64,000 nucleotides of DNA, taken from positions 25,629-89,628 of the forward strand of contig CACPJA010000001.1 in the NCBI GenBank assembly GCA_902634075.1, in the 5' to 3' direction. This DNA comes from an uncultured Gammaproteobacteria bacterium. Its GTDB lineage: Bacteria > Pseudomonadota > Gammaproteobacteria > Steroidobacterales > UBA11654. The notes under the pieces are model-generated. The model was given only the letters and a program-made list of their open reading frames with translations, made no database searches and was not told the origin of the DNA. The translations under genes and the position numbers were made by a program. This document shows, in pieces, positions 8,736 to 18,711 of this stretch. The stretch's first letter is position 1. Every line of letters begins with the position of its first letter.

Positions 8736-9644
8736 CTATATTTTGCCAAATATTCTGACTGCTTTATTTATTAATTCAACCTTAATCGGTGATGCCCCTG
8801 TATTCTCTCCATCTATGTTCAAAGGATCATTTTCGGTTTCAATAGCAAAGCTAATAACTTGACTATACTCTACGTGAGGATCCTTTATATGAGTTCCTGA
8901 AAATAGTTGAGTAAATATTTTTAACACTCTTAGTTTTGAAGCATTGCTGACAAAGATAATATCGATTAAACCGTCATCTAAAATAGCATTCGGAGCCATT
9001 TGCATTCCTTTCCCTGTGTGGACATTGTTTAGCGCCAGAAAAAATAGGGCTTTCCCTTCTATATTGCTCTTACCCAAATTAGCCTTTAGATGCTTTTGTT
9101 TCATTCTCATTACAGTTATCAAAGAAGCAACTGAATATCTAATACCTCCCATCCATCTTAGTTTTTCAGCCAAAATATTAACTTCGGCCGCCATTCCCCA
9201 TCCTATAATGTTAATTGCAAAGAAAGTTTTTTCTCTATCATCTATTTTAAACACATCAATTAGGCTTGTTGTTCCTGAGAGAATATTGCTGAGTGCTTTT
9301 ATGGGGTCTAGTTCGCCTAATGTTTCAGCAAATGCATTCCCACTACCTATTGGAATGATGCCTAAAGGAATGGATTGTGATTGGTCAGATGACATTAACC
9401 CGTTTATTGCTTCATTGATGGTTCCATCTCCACCCAAAACACAAAGTCCATCAAAACCCATAAGATTTTCTGTTTGAATAAACTTTGTGATTGATCCTTC
9501 CTTGTCGCTATTGAAAAAGTGAAAATCTATATTCTTCTGTCCTAGCAAATCCTGGATCTCACGAACTATAGCTTCACTCCTTTGCTTTCCTGCTTTTGGG
9601 TTAACAAGAAAACAAAGTTTTTGTATTTCTTTAGGCTTCATCAA
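8736..9644 (-). CDS. Diacylglycerol/sphingosine kinase family lipid kinase (YegS/BmrU-like)
   Basis: NPKAG, GGDGTINE, IPIGSGNAFA, DDGLID, NIDGE. Confidence 0.9.
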   Translation of the reverse strand: MMKPKEIQKLCFLVNPKAGKQRSEAIVREIQDLLGQKNIDFHFFNSDKEGSITKFIQTENLMGFDGLCVLGGDGTINEAINGLMSSDQSQSIPLGIIPIGSGNAFAETLGELDPIKALSNILSGTTSLIDVFKIDDREKTFFAINIIGWGMAAEVNILAEKLRWMGGIRYSVASLITVMRMKQKHLKANLGKSNIEGKALFFLALNNVHTGKGMQMAPNAILDDGLIDIIFVSNASKLRVLKIFTQLFSGTHIKDPHVEYSQVISFAIETENDPLNIDGENTGASPIKVELINKAVRIFGKI

Positions 9645-9758
9645 TAAAAAATATAACTTTATTCTCTTTATTACAAAGACAATTGGTTTTATACTTCTCT
9701 GGAAATTAGAAGCTTGCTTTATTTTTATTCTAAAAAAATATAAGAAAAAGGAGTTAAT

Positions 9759-10412
9759 GTGAGTGATTCAGGTCTAGGTTTTTCTCTTAATCGATTTATT
9801 GGTTTAATGGTTTTAATTGCTGTTATCACGCTCCTATTTGAGTGGGTTAGTGATTTTGGCGGAGGCCTTATCAAAGCTCAAGTTGAACAAACCACTAGCA
9901 AATATGATCCTGATAAAAATATAGATAAAAGAATAGAACCAGTGGTTGTTCTATCCAATGAGGTTGTTGTTGCGTCTGCATCTGAAGACTTATCATTATT
10001 GGACAGTAATAATTTTGTGGCTGAAGATTCGTGTCAACAGACAATTGAAGGTAATGATATGTTGCAATTCAACCTTAAAGAAATGGTTGTTAGCTCAACT
10101 TGTGAAGAAATAACAATCACCCTTGTTCACACTGGCGCTATGCCAGCCAACGTCATGGGGCACAATTGGGTGTTAACAACATCGTCTGATTTCATGCCTG
10201 TTGCACAAGAAGGGGGGGCTGCAGGCGCAGAAAACGCCTATGTCCCTGTTGATGACAATAGAGTCCTTGCTGCATCTGCAGTGATAGGAGGGGGAGAAGA
10301 AACAGCAGTTACGTTTTCTTCCTCAGTCTTAGAGGTTGGCGGAGACTATACATTCTTCTGTTCTTTTCCTGGACATTATGCGGTTATGAAAGGTGCATTT
10401 AAGGTTGTTTAG
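9759..10412 (+). CDS. azu: Azurin (type 1 blue copper protein) with N-terminal membrane anchor and linker
   Basis: MGHNWV and FFCSFPGHYAVMKG give the His/Cys/His/Met ligands; SCQQTIEGNDMLQF...STCEE gives the azurin disulfide; about 90-aa N-terminal extension with a TM helix. Confidence 0.88.
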   Translation: MSDSGLGFSLNRFIGLMVLIAVITLLFEWVSDFGGGLIKAQVEQTTSKYDPDKNIDKRIEPVVVLSNEVVVASASEDLSLLDSNNFVAEDSCQQTIEGNDMLQFNLKEMVVSSTCEEITITLVHTGAMPANVMGHNWVLTTSSDFMPVAQEGGAAGAENAYVPVDDNRVLAASAVIGGGEETAVTFSSSVLEVGGDYTFFCSFPGHYAVMKGAFKVV

Positions 10413-10421
10413 TTTTTTTCT

Positions 10422-10823
10422 ATGTCAACATCCATAGTTTATTACTCAGGTAACCTAAGAACTGAAAGCACCCATATCGAGTCTGGTGAAAACTATATAA
10501 CAGATGCGCCAACTGATAATAAAGGGAAAGGAAAAGCCTTCTCGCCTACCGACCTAATAGCCACAAGTCTTGCTAACTGCATGCTGACTATTATGGGAAT
10601 CATAGCTAAAAGAGAGTCTCTACAAATTGAAGGCACAAGAGCAGAGGTAACTAAAATAATGTGTAAAAACCCTAGATGCATTAGTGAGATTAAAATAGAT
10701 TTTCAGTTTCCAAGGGACTATGGTGATGAGCAGAAGAAGTTGTTAGAAGAAGGCGCTCTAAATTGTCCTGTTGCTAAGAGCTTATCTGCGAATCTAATTC
10801 AAACAATTAATTTTTATTACTAG
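10422..10823 (+). CDS. OsmC family protein
   Basis: TDAPTDNKGKG.FSPTDL, LANCMLT, NCPVAKSL. Confidence 0.88.
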   Translation: MSTSIVYYSGNLRTESTHIESGENYITDAPTDNKGKGKAFSPTDLIATSLANCMLTIMGIIAKRESLQIEGTRAEVTKIMCKNPRCISEIKIDFQFPRDYGDEQKKLLEEGALNCPVAKSLSANLIQTINFYY

Positions 10824-11022
10824 TTTTTATTTTTTTCTTAATGGATTCTATTTCTTTTTTTAATTCATTGATTTCCGAGCGCTCAACAAGATCCATTTTT
10901 TGGACAGCCTCTTTAACTAAAAAAGTTAGGTTTTTTTGAATATCTTCTTTGGCCTCCTTGGCTGATTTAGGAAGAATAGATGAAAGATTATTTGACCATT
11001 TTTTGAAATTATCGTTATCCAT
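10807..11022 (-). CDS. ubiK: UbiK/BMFP family accessory factor
   Basis: 71-aa coiled coil with KMDLVERSE resembling the LDLVTREEF signature; near ubi genes. Confidence 0.65.
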   Translation of the reverse strand: MDNDNFKKWSNNLSSILPKSAKEAKEDIQKNLTFLVKEAVQKMDLVERSEINELKKEIESIKKKIKTSNKN

Positions 11023-11095
11023 AATCGCTTCGAATAGAAAACTTCGATATTATCATTAGTAACAATGAGCATAAAGCAACTATTGATAAAACAAA

Positions 11096-12334
11096 ATGAT
11101 TGAAAAAAGAGAACAAGGCAAAAAGAAAAAAAGTCGTTTGGGCTTTTTTATAGGTTTTTTCATCGCTCTAATAGCTGTTATTAGTCTTGGGCTGTTTTGG
11201 CTCGACAGACAATTGCTAAATCAGCAATTGCTGTCATCCTTTGATGGCTTGATTGAAGACTTAAATGGATATGTGTTTTTGGAGTTCTTCCAATACTCTA
11301 TGGAAACAACTGTGCCTGTATTAATTCTTGGAATGTTGCTGGCCTATGTCTTAATGAGAATTCTAGCTTTAATCTGGAGGTCGCCAAGAATTATAAGGGA
11401 AATGCTTGCGAATAGAAGCGTTAAACGCACACAAAGATTGCTCAATGATAGTCTAATATTGTTGTCTAAAGGAGACATGAGGAGAGCTAAGAAAAAGCTA
11501 AAGTCTGCTAGCTCCACTAACCATCCTATACTCCAAAGTTTTCTACTAAATATAGAGATGAGTATTGACTCAGGAGATATTGCAGAATCTCATAATTGGG
11601 TGAAAAAAGCTTCCAGCAAGTTACCTGAAGTCAAAGACTATATATACCTTTTCGCCAGTAAGTTATTGATTGATGCAGAGTGCTTTATAGATGCTAGATC
11701 CTATGTTGATGAATTAATAGAGTCCAATCCAAAGAACCCTGCTGCTAATCAGTTGCTGTTCGAGATTCTAAAAGACACTAGGGATTATGATTTAATATTG
11801 AGAAAGATTTTTGAGTTCACTGATTACATTAAAGATGATGAACTTGCTCAGACAATCCATAGTTTGGTTAAAGAGGCTATTAAGGATCAAAAGCCTACCA
11901 AAACCATTTTTGAGCGAATCCCTAGGTCAATTGATAAACACCCCATGATAATTACCTCAAAAATTGAGGCCTGGATAGACAACAAAGAATACTTAAAAGC
12001 TGAAACAGAGCTAAGAAAACAAATTCCCAATAACTGGAATAAAGAATTAATCATTCTTTATGCAGAACTAGGTGAGGACAATTTGAATGGATTATCAGAA
12101 CGGGTCGATAAATGGTTAGAAGAGAGACCAAAAGATGCCAAGCTCTGGTTAGTAGCTAGCCGGTTGGCACAAAAAGATGGATTATGGTCAAAAGCTCAGC
12201 AGTGTATTGAAAGATCTATTGAAATAAAGCCTGTGAGTGAAGCATACACCGAATTAGCTCTTATTCTTTCTGAGCTAGGAGAAAAAAAACAAGCCTCAGA
12301 AGCATTAAAGTTGGCTAGACAAACAAGTGGTTAG
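11096..12334 (+). CDS. hemY: HemY-family TPR membrane protein
   Basis: GYVFLEF..YSMETT (HemY_N-like); C-terminal WLEERPKDA...LWSKAQQCIERS TPR region. Confidence 0.75.
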   Translation: MIEKREQGKKKKSRLGFFIGFFIALIAVISLGLFWLDRQLLNQQLLSSFDGLIEDLNGYVFLEFFQYSMETTVPVLILGMLLAYVLMRILALIWRSPRIIREMLANRSVKRTQRLLNDSLILLSKGDMRRAKKKLKSASSTNHPILQSFLLNIEMSIDSGDIAESHNWVKKASSKLPEVKDYIYLFASKLLIDAECFIDARSYVDELIESNPKNPAANQLLFEILKDTRDYDLILRKIFEFTDYIKDDELAQTIHSLVKEAIKDQKPTKTIFERIPRSIDKHPMIITSKIEAWIDNKEYLKAETELRKQIPNNWNKELIILYAELGEDNLNGLSERVDKWLEERPKDAKLWLVASRLAQKDGLWSKAQQCIERSIEIKPVSEAYTELALILSELGEKKQASEALKLARQTSG

Positions 12335-12354
12335 GCTCTTAGCCTATTGCGTGA

Positions 12355-13254
12355 ATGAAAACAGAATCTCAACATTTAAAGGGTAAATTTCTTCAATTTT
12401 TAGAAACTGAAAAGCGTTATTCTAAGCATACCGTAAAAAATTATTCTAAAGATATTGATGATTTAGAAAATTTTTGTAGTGCCAAAAAAATAAATGCGTG
12501 GGATGAAATTAAGCCCCATCATGTTAGAACTTATGCCTCTCAGATTTTTATTGATGGGTTAGGCGCCAGAAGCATTCAACGCAAGCTTTCTGCCATTAGA
12601 AGCTTTATGAATTATCTAGTCAGAGAGAATCTCCTTAGAACGAATCCTGCAGATGGGGTTAAAACTCCTAAAGCCGCAAAAAAATTACCGGGTGTCTTGG
12701 ATGTCGACCAAATCAATCAATTGCTAAATATTAAATCCACTGAACCAATATGCCTAAGAGACAAAGCTATAATGGAGCTTTTGTACTCTTCAGGGTTAAG
12801 GCTTGCGGAGCTTGTTGCTCTTAACCCTATTGATCTTAATATTCAGGACAAAAGTCTCACTGTAATAGGAAAAGGAAATAAAAAAAGAATGTTGCCCATC
12901 GGGTCCAAAGCAATAGACGCTATCAAAGCATGGATAAAAGTTAGATCTCAAATTGCTGCGCCTGATGAGGAAGCTCTCTTTGTCGGTAATAGGGGCAATA
13001 GACTAAGTAGAAGATCGATACAAAGCCGAATCAATCACTGGGCAAAGAAAAACGGTTTAGCTCAAGATGTTTATCCTCATTTACTCAGGCATAGCTTTGC
13101 TACCCATCTATTAGAGGCCAGTGGAGATTTGAGAGCTGTACAGGAATTACTAGGACATAAAGACATTAGCACCACTCAGGTTTATACTCATCTTGATTTT
13201 CAGCACCTTGCTGAAACTTATGATAAGGCCCACCCTAGATCAGGTAAGAAGTGA
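12355..13254 (+). CDS. xerC: Tyrosine recombinase XerC
   Basis: [67 protein letters not shown]. Confidence 0.93.
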   Translation: MKTESQHLKGKFLQFLETEKRYSKHTVKNYSKDIDDLENFCSAKKINAWDEIKPHHVRTYASQIFIDGLGARSIQRKLSAIRSFMNYLVRENLLRTNPADGVKTPKAAKKLPGVLDVDQINQLLNIKSTEPICLRDKAIMELLYSSGLRLAELVALNPIDLNIQDKSLTVIGKGNKKRMLPIGSKAIDAIKAWIKVRSQIAAPDEEALFVGNRGNRLSRRSIQSRINHWAKKNGLAQDVYPHLLRHSFATHLLEASGDLRAVQELLGHKDISTTQVYTHLDFQHLAETYDKAHPRSGKK

Positions 13255-14000
13255 CGGAAGAGAGAAAAAAAGTAAGCTTTGGCTTTAAGAGCGTAAGCGA
13301 AGAGGAGAAGACACAAAAAGTTGGTGAAGTCTTTGATTCGGTTTCTGGGCAATACGACCTTATGAATGATTTGATGTCATTCGGCATTCATAGATTTTGG
13401 AAACGTTTTGCTCTTATGCACACTGGCCTTGAAGAGGGAATGAAAGCACTAGATGTAGCAAGTGGTACTGGTGATCTTGGTGTCTTATTACAAGATCAGG
13501 TTGGAGAATCGGGTACGGTTATTCTAACTGATATCAATGCCTCTATGCTTCACCAAGGAAGATCTAAGTTATTGGATCAAGGCAAGCTTAAAAACATGCA
13601 GTTACTCCAAGCCAATGCTGAAAACCTTCCATTTGAAGACAATATGTTTGATTGTGTGACGATAGCCTTTGGGTTAAGAAATGTCACCGACAAAAATGCA
13701 GCCCTGTCCTCGATGTATAGGGTTCTCAAACCGGGAGGAAGACTTTTAATCTTAGAGTTCTCAAAAGCGAATGAACTGATCTCTCCTTTTTATGATTTTT
13801 ATTCCTTCAATGTGCTTCCAAAATTAGGGGAGTGGGTTGTGAACGACGGAGATAGCTATAAATATCTCGCTGAATCGATCCGCGTTCATCCTGATCAAAA
13901 GAAATTAATTGAAATGATGAGTAGCGCAGGTTTTATCGATACAGAATATTTTAATCTAAGCGCAGGCATAGTGGCACTACATATTGGGCATAAGGCTTAA
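13251..14000 (+). CDS. ubiE: Ubiquinone/menaquinone C-methyltransferase
   Basis: [52 protein letters not shown]. Confidence 0.96.
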   Translation: MTEERKKVSFGFKSVSEEEKTQKVGEVFDSVSGQYDLMNDLMSFGIHRFWKRFALMHTGLEEGMKALDVASGTGDLGVLLQDQVGESGTVILTDINASMLHQGRSKLLDQGKLKNMQLLQANAENLPFEDNMFDCVTIAFGLRNVTDKNAALSSMYRVLKPGGRLLILEFSKANELISPFYDFYSFNVLPKLGEWVVNDGDSYKYLAESIRVHPDQKKLIEMMSSAGFIDTEYFNLSAGIVALHIGHKA

Positions 14001-14001
14001 G

Positions 14002-15603
14002 ATGAAATCATTGCAAATATTAGCTCGGCTGTTTAAAACACATCAAACATTAATTCGTTATCAATTAGATGTGTTTTTTGTTGAGTCTGATTTCCTGAAA
14101 CCTCTTCGATGGGTATTTTTAATTTCGCCCGGCTTATGGTTTAGAAAAAAAACAAGCCTTGCAAAGGGAGAGCGGCTTAGGTTGGCCCTTGAAGATCTAG
14201 GCCCTTTGTATGTCAAATTTGGTCAATCACTATCTACGAGACCTGATCTTCTTCCAGAAGATATTGCCTCTGAGCTATCTAAGCTTCAAGATAAAGTCCC
14301 CCCATTCTCTGGCGAAGTTGCAGAACAAGAAATATTCGATGCTTTTGGCAAAAAACCTAAAGAAATATTCGCTGATTTTGATAAAGAAGCCTTTGCATCA
14401 GCTTCAATAGCTCAAGCTCATTTAGCCACTCTCCATAGTGGTGAAGAAGTTGTGGTGAAAATACTTAGGCCTAACATATGGGAAGCTATAGAAAAAGATA
14501 TGGAGATTCTTTTTCTTTTTGCTAGGTTGCTTGAAAATTATTCAGATGAGTCAAAAAGATTAAAGCCCATGGAGGTGGTGAGGGATTACCAAACTTCAGT
14601 TATGCATGAACTTGATTTGCTCAGAGAGGCTGCAAATTGTTCACAAATTGGGAGAAACTGGGAAGGCTCCGAAATTATAAAGGTTCCCAAGATCTATAAG
14701 GATTACTGTAAAACAAATGTTCTGGTTCAAGAACGAATATATGGGATCCCTATTAGTGATGTTCAACAATTAATGACTGCTGGTGTTGATCTGAAAAAGC
14801 TTGCTACTAATGGTGTAAGAATATTTTTTACTCAAGTTTTTCACCATAATTTATTTCATGCGGATATGCATCCGGGTAATGTATTTGTTGATATTTCAAA
14901 CCCAGATAAGCCCCTGTATGCGGCTGTGGATTTTGGAATTGTGGGCAGTCTTGATGATTTAGATAGGCGGTATCTAGCTCTATCTTTCTCTGCTTTTTTT
15001 GAAAAAGATTATAAATCTATCGCTTCTAACTTTTTAGCTGCAGGCTGGGTGCCCAGTGAAACAAGACTAGACACTTTTGAGGCATCAATTAGGACTGTTT
15101 GTGAGCCTATAGCTGATAAACCTCTAGAGGAGATTTCATTTGGTCAGGTCTTAATCAGTTTGTTTCAAACAGCTAGAGAATTCAAAATGGAAAATCAACC
15201 GCAGTTGGTGCAACTTGAAAAAACGCTTCTTAATATCGAAGGTCTAGGTAGACAGCTCTATCCAAAACTAGATATTGTTGCTGCAGCAAAACCTGTGATT
15301 TCAGAGTGGAGAGAGCAACAGACGGATCTAAAGACAATCCTTGCCAAGCTACAACAAGATGCTCCTGAAATTAGAAAAACTATTGAAGAGCTGCCGAGCC
15401 TAGCAAAACGTGTAATCAATAGCCAAAATAACAACCAAAGCAATGAAGAATTTTTCAATCAATTTTCAAAAACTGTCTATAAAAGTCTTTTAGGTATTGC
15501 GGTTATGATTACGGGAGGCATTCTTCTTGGCTTGGAAATAATCTTAGGGTGGCTGTTAATGGGCGCAGGTTTTCTTGTTATATTATTGTCTAAACCAAAA
15601 TAA
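14002..15603 (+). CDS. ubiB: Ubiquinone biosynthesis atypical kinase UbiB
   Basis: LGPLYVKFGQSLSTRPDL, ASASIAQAH, FHADMHPGN, DFGIVG; ATG at 14002 preferred. Confidence 0.95.
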   Translation: MKSLQILARLFKTHQTLIRYQLDVFFVESDFLKPLRWVFLISPGLWFRKKTSLAKGERLRLALEDLGPLYVKFGQSLSTRPDLLPEDIASELSKLQDKVPPFSGEVAEQEIFDAFGKKPKEIFADFDKEAFASASIAQAHLATLHSGEEVVVKILRPNIWEAIEKDMEILFLFARLLENYSDESKRLKPMEVVRDYQTSVMHELDLLREAANCSQIGRNWEGSEIIKVPKIYKDYCKTNVLVQERIYGIPISDVQQLMTAGVDLKKLATNGVRIFFTQVFHHNLFHADMHPGNVFVDISNPDKPLYAAVDFGIVGSLDDLDRRYLALSFSAFFEKDYKSIASNFLAAGWVPSETRLDTFEASIRTVCEPIADKPLEEISFGQVLISLFQTAREFKMENQPQLVQLEKTLLNIEGLGRQLYPKLDIVAAAKPVISEWREQQTDLKTILAKLQQDAPEIRKTIEELPSLAKRVINSQNNNQSNEEFFNQFSKTVYKSLLGIAVMITGGILLGLEIILGWLLMGAGFLVILLSKPK

Positions 15604-15613
15604 TAGGCTTCTT

Positions 15614-16720
15614 TTGATTGATCTTGATTCTGTGCTCAAAAAAATAAATCTTCCTCTGGGTGAAGATGATTTTAAAGAACCCTTGTCTATTCTTCTTAAT
15701 GACTATTCGAATGTATCGAATCTTAACCGGTTAGGCGCACTAACATTTGAAAATGGCATTAAAGAAAAACTAATAGCTCGAGCTAAGCTTTTAAATTTTA
15801 TTAACTCTAATGATCTAGAAGAACCATCATCCCCTATTATCATAAGCGGGCTTCCCAGATCAGGAACCACTTATTTATTCGACCTAATGTATTGTTTTGA
15901 AGAGTTTAGAGCCCCGCTTACTTGGGAATTATTTGAAATGATGCCCGTGGCTCAATCAAAATATCAGCGCGCTTACAAACAACTAAAAACAGAACTAAGA
16001 TTGGCATTATTTAAAGCTTTAGTTCCAAACTTGATGAGTATTCATCACATGAAATCAAACCTTCCCGAAGAGTGTCAGCTGATCACTGCTTTAGACTTTA
16101 AAAGTATTAGCTTTGCTTATTCTGCAAGAGTCCCAAACTATCAGGATTTTATTGGTCATTGTAATTATTCATCTGCTTTTATGTGGCATAAAAGATTCTT
16201 ACAAGCAATGGAAACAACAAAAAAACCTGGTTACTGGCTATTAAAAGATCCCTGCCATATACAACACATAGAAGAAATTCTAAACGCATACCCAGATGCA
16301 AAGTTTATATTTATTCACAGAAACCCAGAAGAGATCATAGGTTCCATAAGCAGTTTAACCTTTAACCTTAGATCTGCATTCTCTAAGGGCGTCGATAATG
16401 TTGGATTGGGGAAAGAGTCATTATCATTTTGGGGTAACGCCAGTAAGGAGTTTCTTAAACAAAGACGTCAGATCCCAGAATCAAATATGGTTGATATTAA
16501 CTTTCTCAATTTTACCAATGATCCTATTGGGTCAATAGAAGCAATCTTTAGAAAGTTCAGTATTGATTTAAACCAAGAAACTAGAGAGAAAATGCTGTCT
16601 TTTGTAGAACAAAAAACTCAATTATCGATAAAGCATAATTACAGTCTTGATGCATTTGGACTCAAAGAGGAGAAGGTTAACAAAGTATTTAGCGCTTACA
16701 GAAATGAGTTTAATCTTTAA
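15614..16720 (+). CDS. PAPS-dependent sulfotransferase family protein
   Basis: IISGLPRSGTT 5'-PSB loop, PEEC, WLLKDPCH, FIFIHRNP; start uncertain (TTG 15614 or 15575). Confidence 0.85.
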   Translation: MIDLDSVLKKINLPLGEDDFKEPLSILLNDYSNVSNLNRLGALTFENGIKEKLIARAKLLNFINSNDLEEPSSPIIISGLPRSGTTYLFDLMYCFEEFRAPLTWELFEMMPVAQSKYQRAYKQLKTELRLALFKALVPNLMSIHHMKSNLPEECQLITALDFKSISFAYSARVPNYQDFIGHCNYSSAFMWHKRFLQAMETTKKPGYWLLKDPCHIQHIEEILNAYPDAKFIFIHRNPEEIIGSISSLTFNLRSAFSKGVDNVGLGKESLSFWGNASKEFLKQRRQIPESNMVDINFLNFTNDPIGSIEAIFRKFSIDLNQETREKMLSFVEQKTQLSIKHNYSLDAFGLKEEKVNKVFSAYRNEFNL

Positions 16721-17478
16721 GCTCGAAGCGTGTTCAAAAAATCTGTCGCAGTGATTTTTTGCTCAATGGCTTCTACTAAAGCAGACCCTATGATAATTCC
16801 ATCAACGTATGGCTCGAGCAACTCAACGTCTGCTTTACTCCTGACGCCAAAACCTGCACACACTGGGATATTCGAGGAAGCCTTGACTGTCTCTAAGTAA
16901 CCCACTACTTCTTTGGAAAGCCCTTCATTGCCGCCGGTAACACCCTTCACAGTCACGGCATACAAAAATCCTGTGCTGTGTTTTGCTATTGTGTTTATTC
17001 TGTTCTCCGGTGTTGCGGGTGTAACCAATTGGATCATAGCAAGCTTAGCCTTATTGAATACTTCTCTTATCTCTTCGCCTTCCTCAATGGGGAGATCAGG
17101 GATGATAAAACCATCAATACCTGCTTCTAGCGAAGCTTCTACAAGCTGGTCATAGCCATAAACATATAGCGGGTTCAAATAACTCATTAAGACAATTGGT
17201 GTCTTGGTGTTTAAGGTTTTTAATTCTTCCAAAATCCACTTCAGGGTTACTCCGCTTTCAATGGCTGCGTGACTTGAGCGCTGTATTGTCACTCCGTCAG
17301 CCATAGGATCGGAAAATGGAACGCCAATCTCTATAACATCGGCTGTTTTAGCTAAGGCTGTTATTAGATCTAAAAAACTGTCTTTATCTGGATAACCCGC
17401 AGTAATAAAAGGAACAATAGCGGGGCCACTTTGCTTTGTATTTTCCACAGAATTTGTTATTAATTCACTACCAAACAT
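16717..17478 (-). CDS. trpA: Tryptophan synthase alpha subunit
   Basis: EIGVPFSDPMADGVTIQ, GVTGG, AGFGV, IIGSAL. Confidence 0.96.
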   Translation of the reverse strand: MFGSELITNSVENTKQSGPAIVPFITAGYPDKDSFLDLITALAKTADVIEIGVPFSDPMADGVTIQRSSHAAIESGVTLKWILEELKTLNTKTPIVLMSYLNPLYVYGYDQLVEASLEAGIDGFIIPDLPIEEGEEIREVFNKAKLAMIQLVTPATPENRINTIAKHSTGFLYAVTVKGVTGGNEGLSKEVVGYLETVKASSNIPVCAGFGVRSKADVELLEPYVDGIIIGSALVEAIEQKITATDFLNTLRA

Positions 17479-17490
17479 TATTATGACCTA

Positions 17491-18711
17491 TTAAATTTTT
17501 AATACCTTACTAAGGGTGGGCATGTCTTTGTCGCCCCTTCCCGACAAACCAATAATAATTGTTTTCCCTTGATTTCCTTCAGCCCATTTTTTAGCGCCGA
17601 CAAAAGCATGTGCGCTTTCTAAAGCTGGAAGAATTCCCTCCATAGAACAGCAAGCTCTAACCTCTTCTAGGGCCTCATCATCTTCTGCTGAAGTGTATGT
17701 TACTCTGCCTATTGACTGCAGGAAAGCATGCTCCGGTCCGACCCCAGGGTAATCAAGACCTGCAGATACAGAGTGTGTTTCTTGAACTAAGCCATCTTCA
17801 TCGTGGAGTAACATAGAGTAAGTTCCATGCAAAATCCCAGGTTTTCCTGAAGCAAGCGTAGCTGCATTGTCGCCTAATTTTTGACTCCTTCCGCCAGCCT
17901 CAATCCCTATTAATTCGACTGATTCATCACCAAGAAATGCATGAAAAATACCGATCGCGTTTGAACCTCCTCCTACACAAGCAAACACGGCATCGGGCAG
18001 GCCATTTGTGGCTTTTATTATCTGATCTTTAGCTTCTTTGCCAATAATAGATTGTAACTCTCTGACCATATAAGGATATGGATGTGGGCCAACCACTGAA
18101 CCTAAAATATAGTAAGTATCATCTGGGTTGCTCACCCAATCTCTGAACGCTTCATCTACCGCTGCTCTTAATGTTTGGTCGCCAGCTGTTACAGGGACAA
18201 CCTCGGCGCCCAATTGTCTCATTCTGTCCACATTGGGTGCTTGCCTTTCAATATCAACTGCTCCCATATATACAACACAAGGAATACCAACTCGTGCACA
18301 TGCAGCCGCTGACGCTACTCCATGTTGACCAGCTCCAGTTTCTGCGACAACTCTTTTAGCATTCAGTTGTTTTGCAATTAAAGCTTGTCCCAATGCGTTG
18401 TTTATTTTGTGAGCGCCTGTGTGCGTCAGGTCTTCTCGTTTGAGATACACTTTAACCCCCCATAATTCAGTCAATTTTTTTGCATAGGTAAGGCCCGTTG
18501 GGCGTCCTGCCCATTGATTGAGCTCCTCTGAAAGATCTTGTTGAAAAGCGCTATCGTTCAAAAGTGTTTTAACTTTTTTATCGAGATTCTTTAAAGCTGG
18601 CATCAAAGTTTCAGGAGCGTATTGACCTCCAAATTCTCCAAAACGACCGTGCTCATCAGGAAGCTCGCCACTTAGAAGCTGTGTTAGTAATTGTTTGTTC
18701 TTCTCATCCAT
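17491..18711 (-). CDS. trpB: Tryptophan synthase beta subunit
   Basis: KREDLTHTGAHKINN, AETGAGQHG, SAGLDYPGVGPEH, LSGRGDKD. Confidence 0.97.
   Translation of the reverse strand: MDEKNKQLLTQLLSGELPDEHGRFGEFGGQYAPETLMPALKNLDKKVKTLLNDSAFQQDLSEELNQWAGRPTGLTYAKKLTELWGVKVYLKREDLTHTGAHKINNALGQALIAKQLNAKRVVAETGAGQHGVASAAACARVGIPCVVYMGAVDIERQAPNVDRMRQLGAEVVPVTAGDQTLRAAVDEAFRDWVSNPDDTYYILGSVVGPHPYPYMVRELQSIIGKEAKDQIIKATNGLPDAVFACVGGGSNAIGIFHAFLGDESVELIGIEAGGRSQKLGDNAATLASGKPGILHGTYSMLLHDEDGLVQETHSVSAGLDYPGVGPEHAFLQSIGRVTYTSAEDDEALEEVRACCSMEGILPALESAHAFVGAKKWAEGNQGKTIIIGLSGRGDKDMPTLSKVLKI

Noticed and set aside
8944-9477. Long antisense ORFs (also 20676-21155, 50379-50912 and other short track ORFs)
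   Set aside because: Shadow frames of well-supported genes with no recognisable motifs
12355-13254. Tyrosine recombinase as a prophage or island integrase
   Set aside because: Sequence and context match housekeeping XerC; no att repeats, tRNA or phage genes nearby
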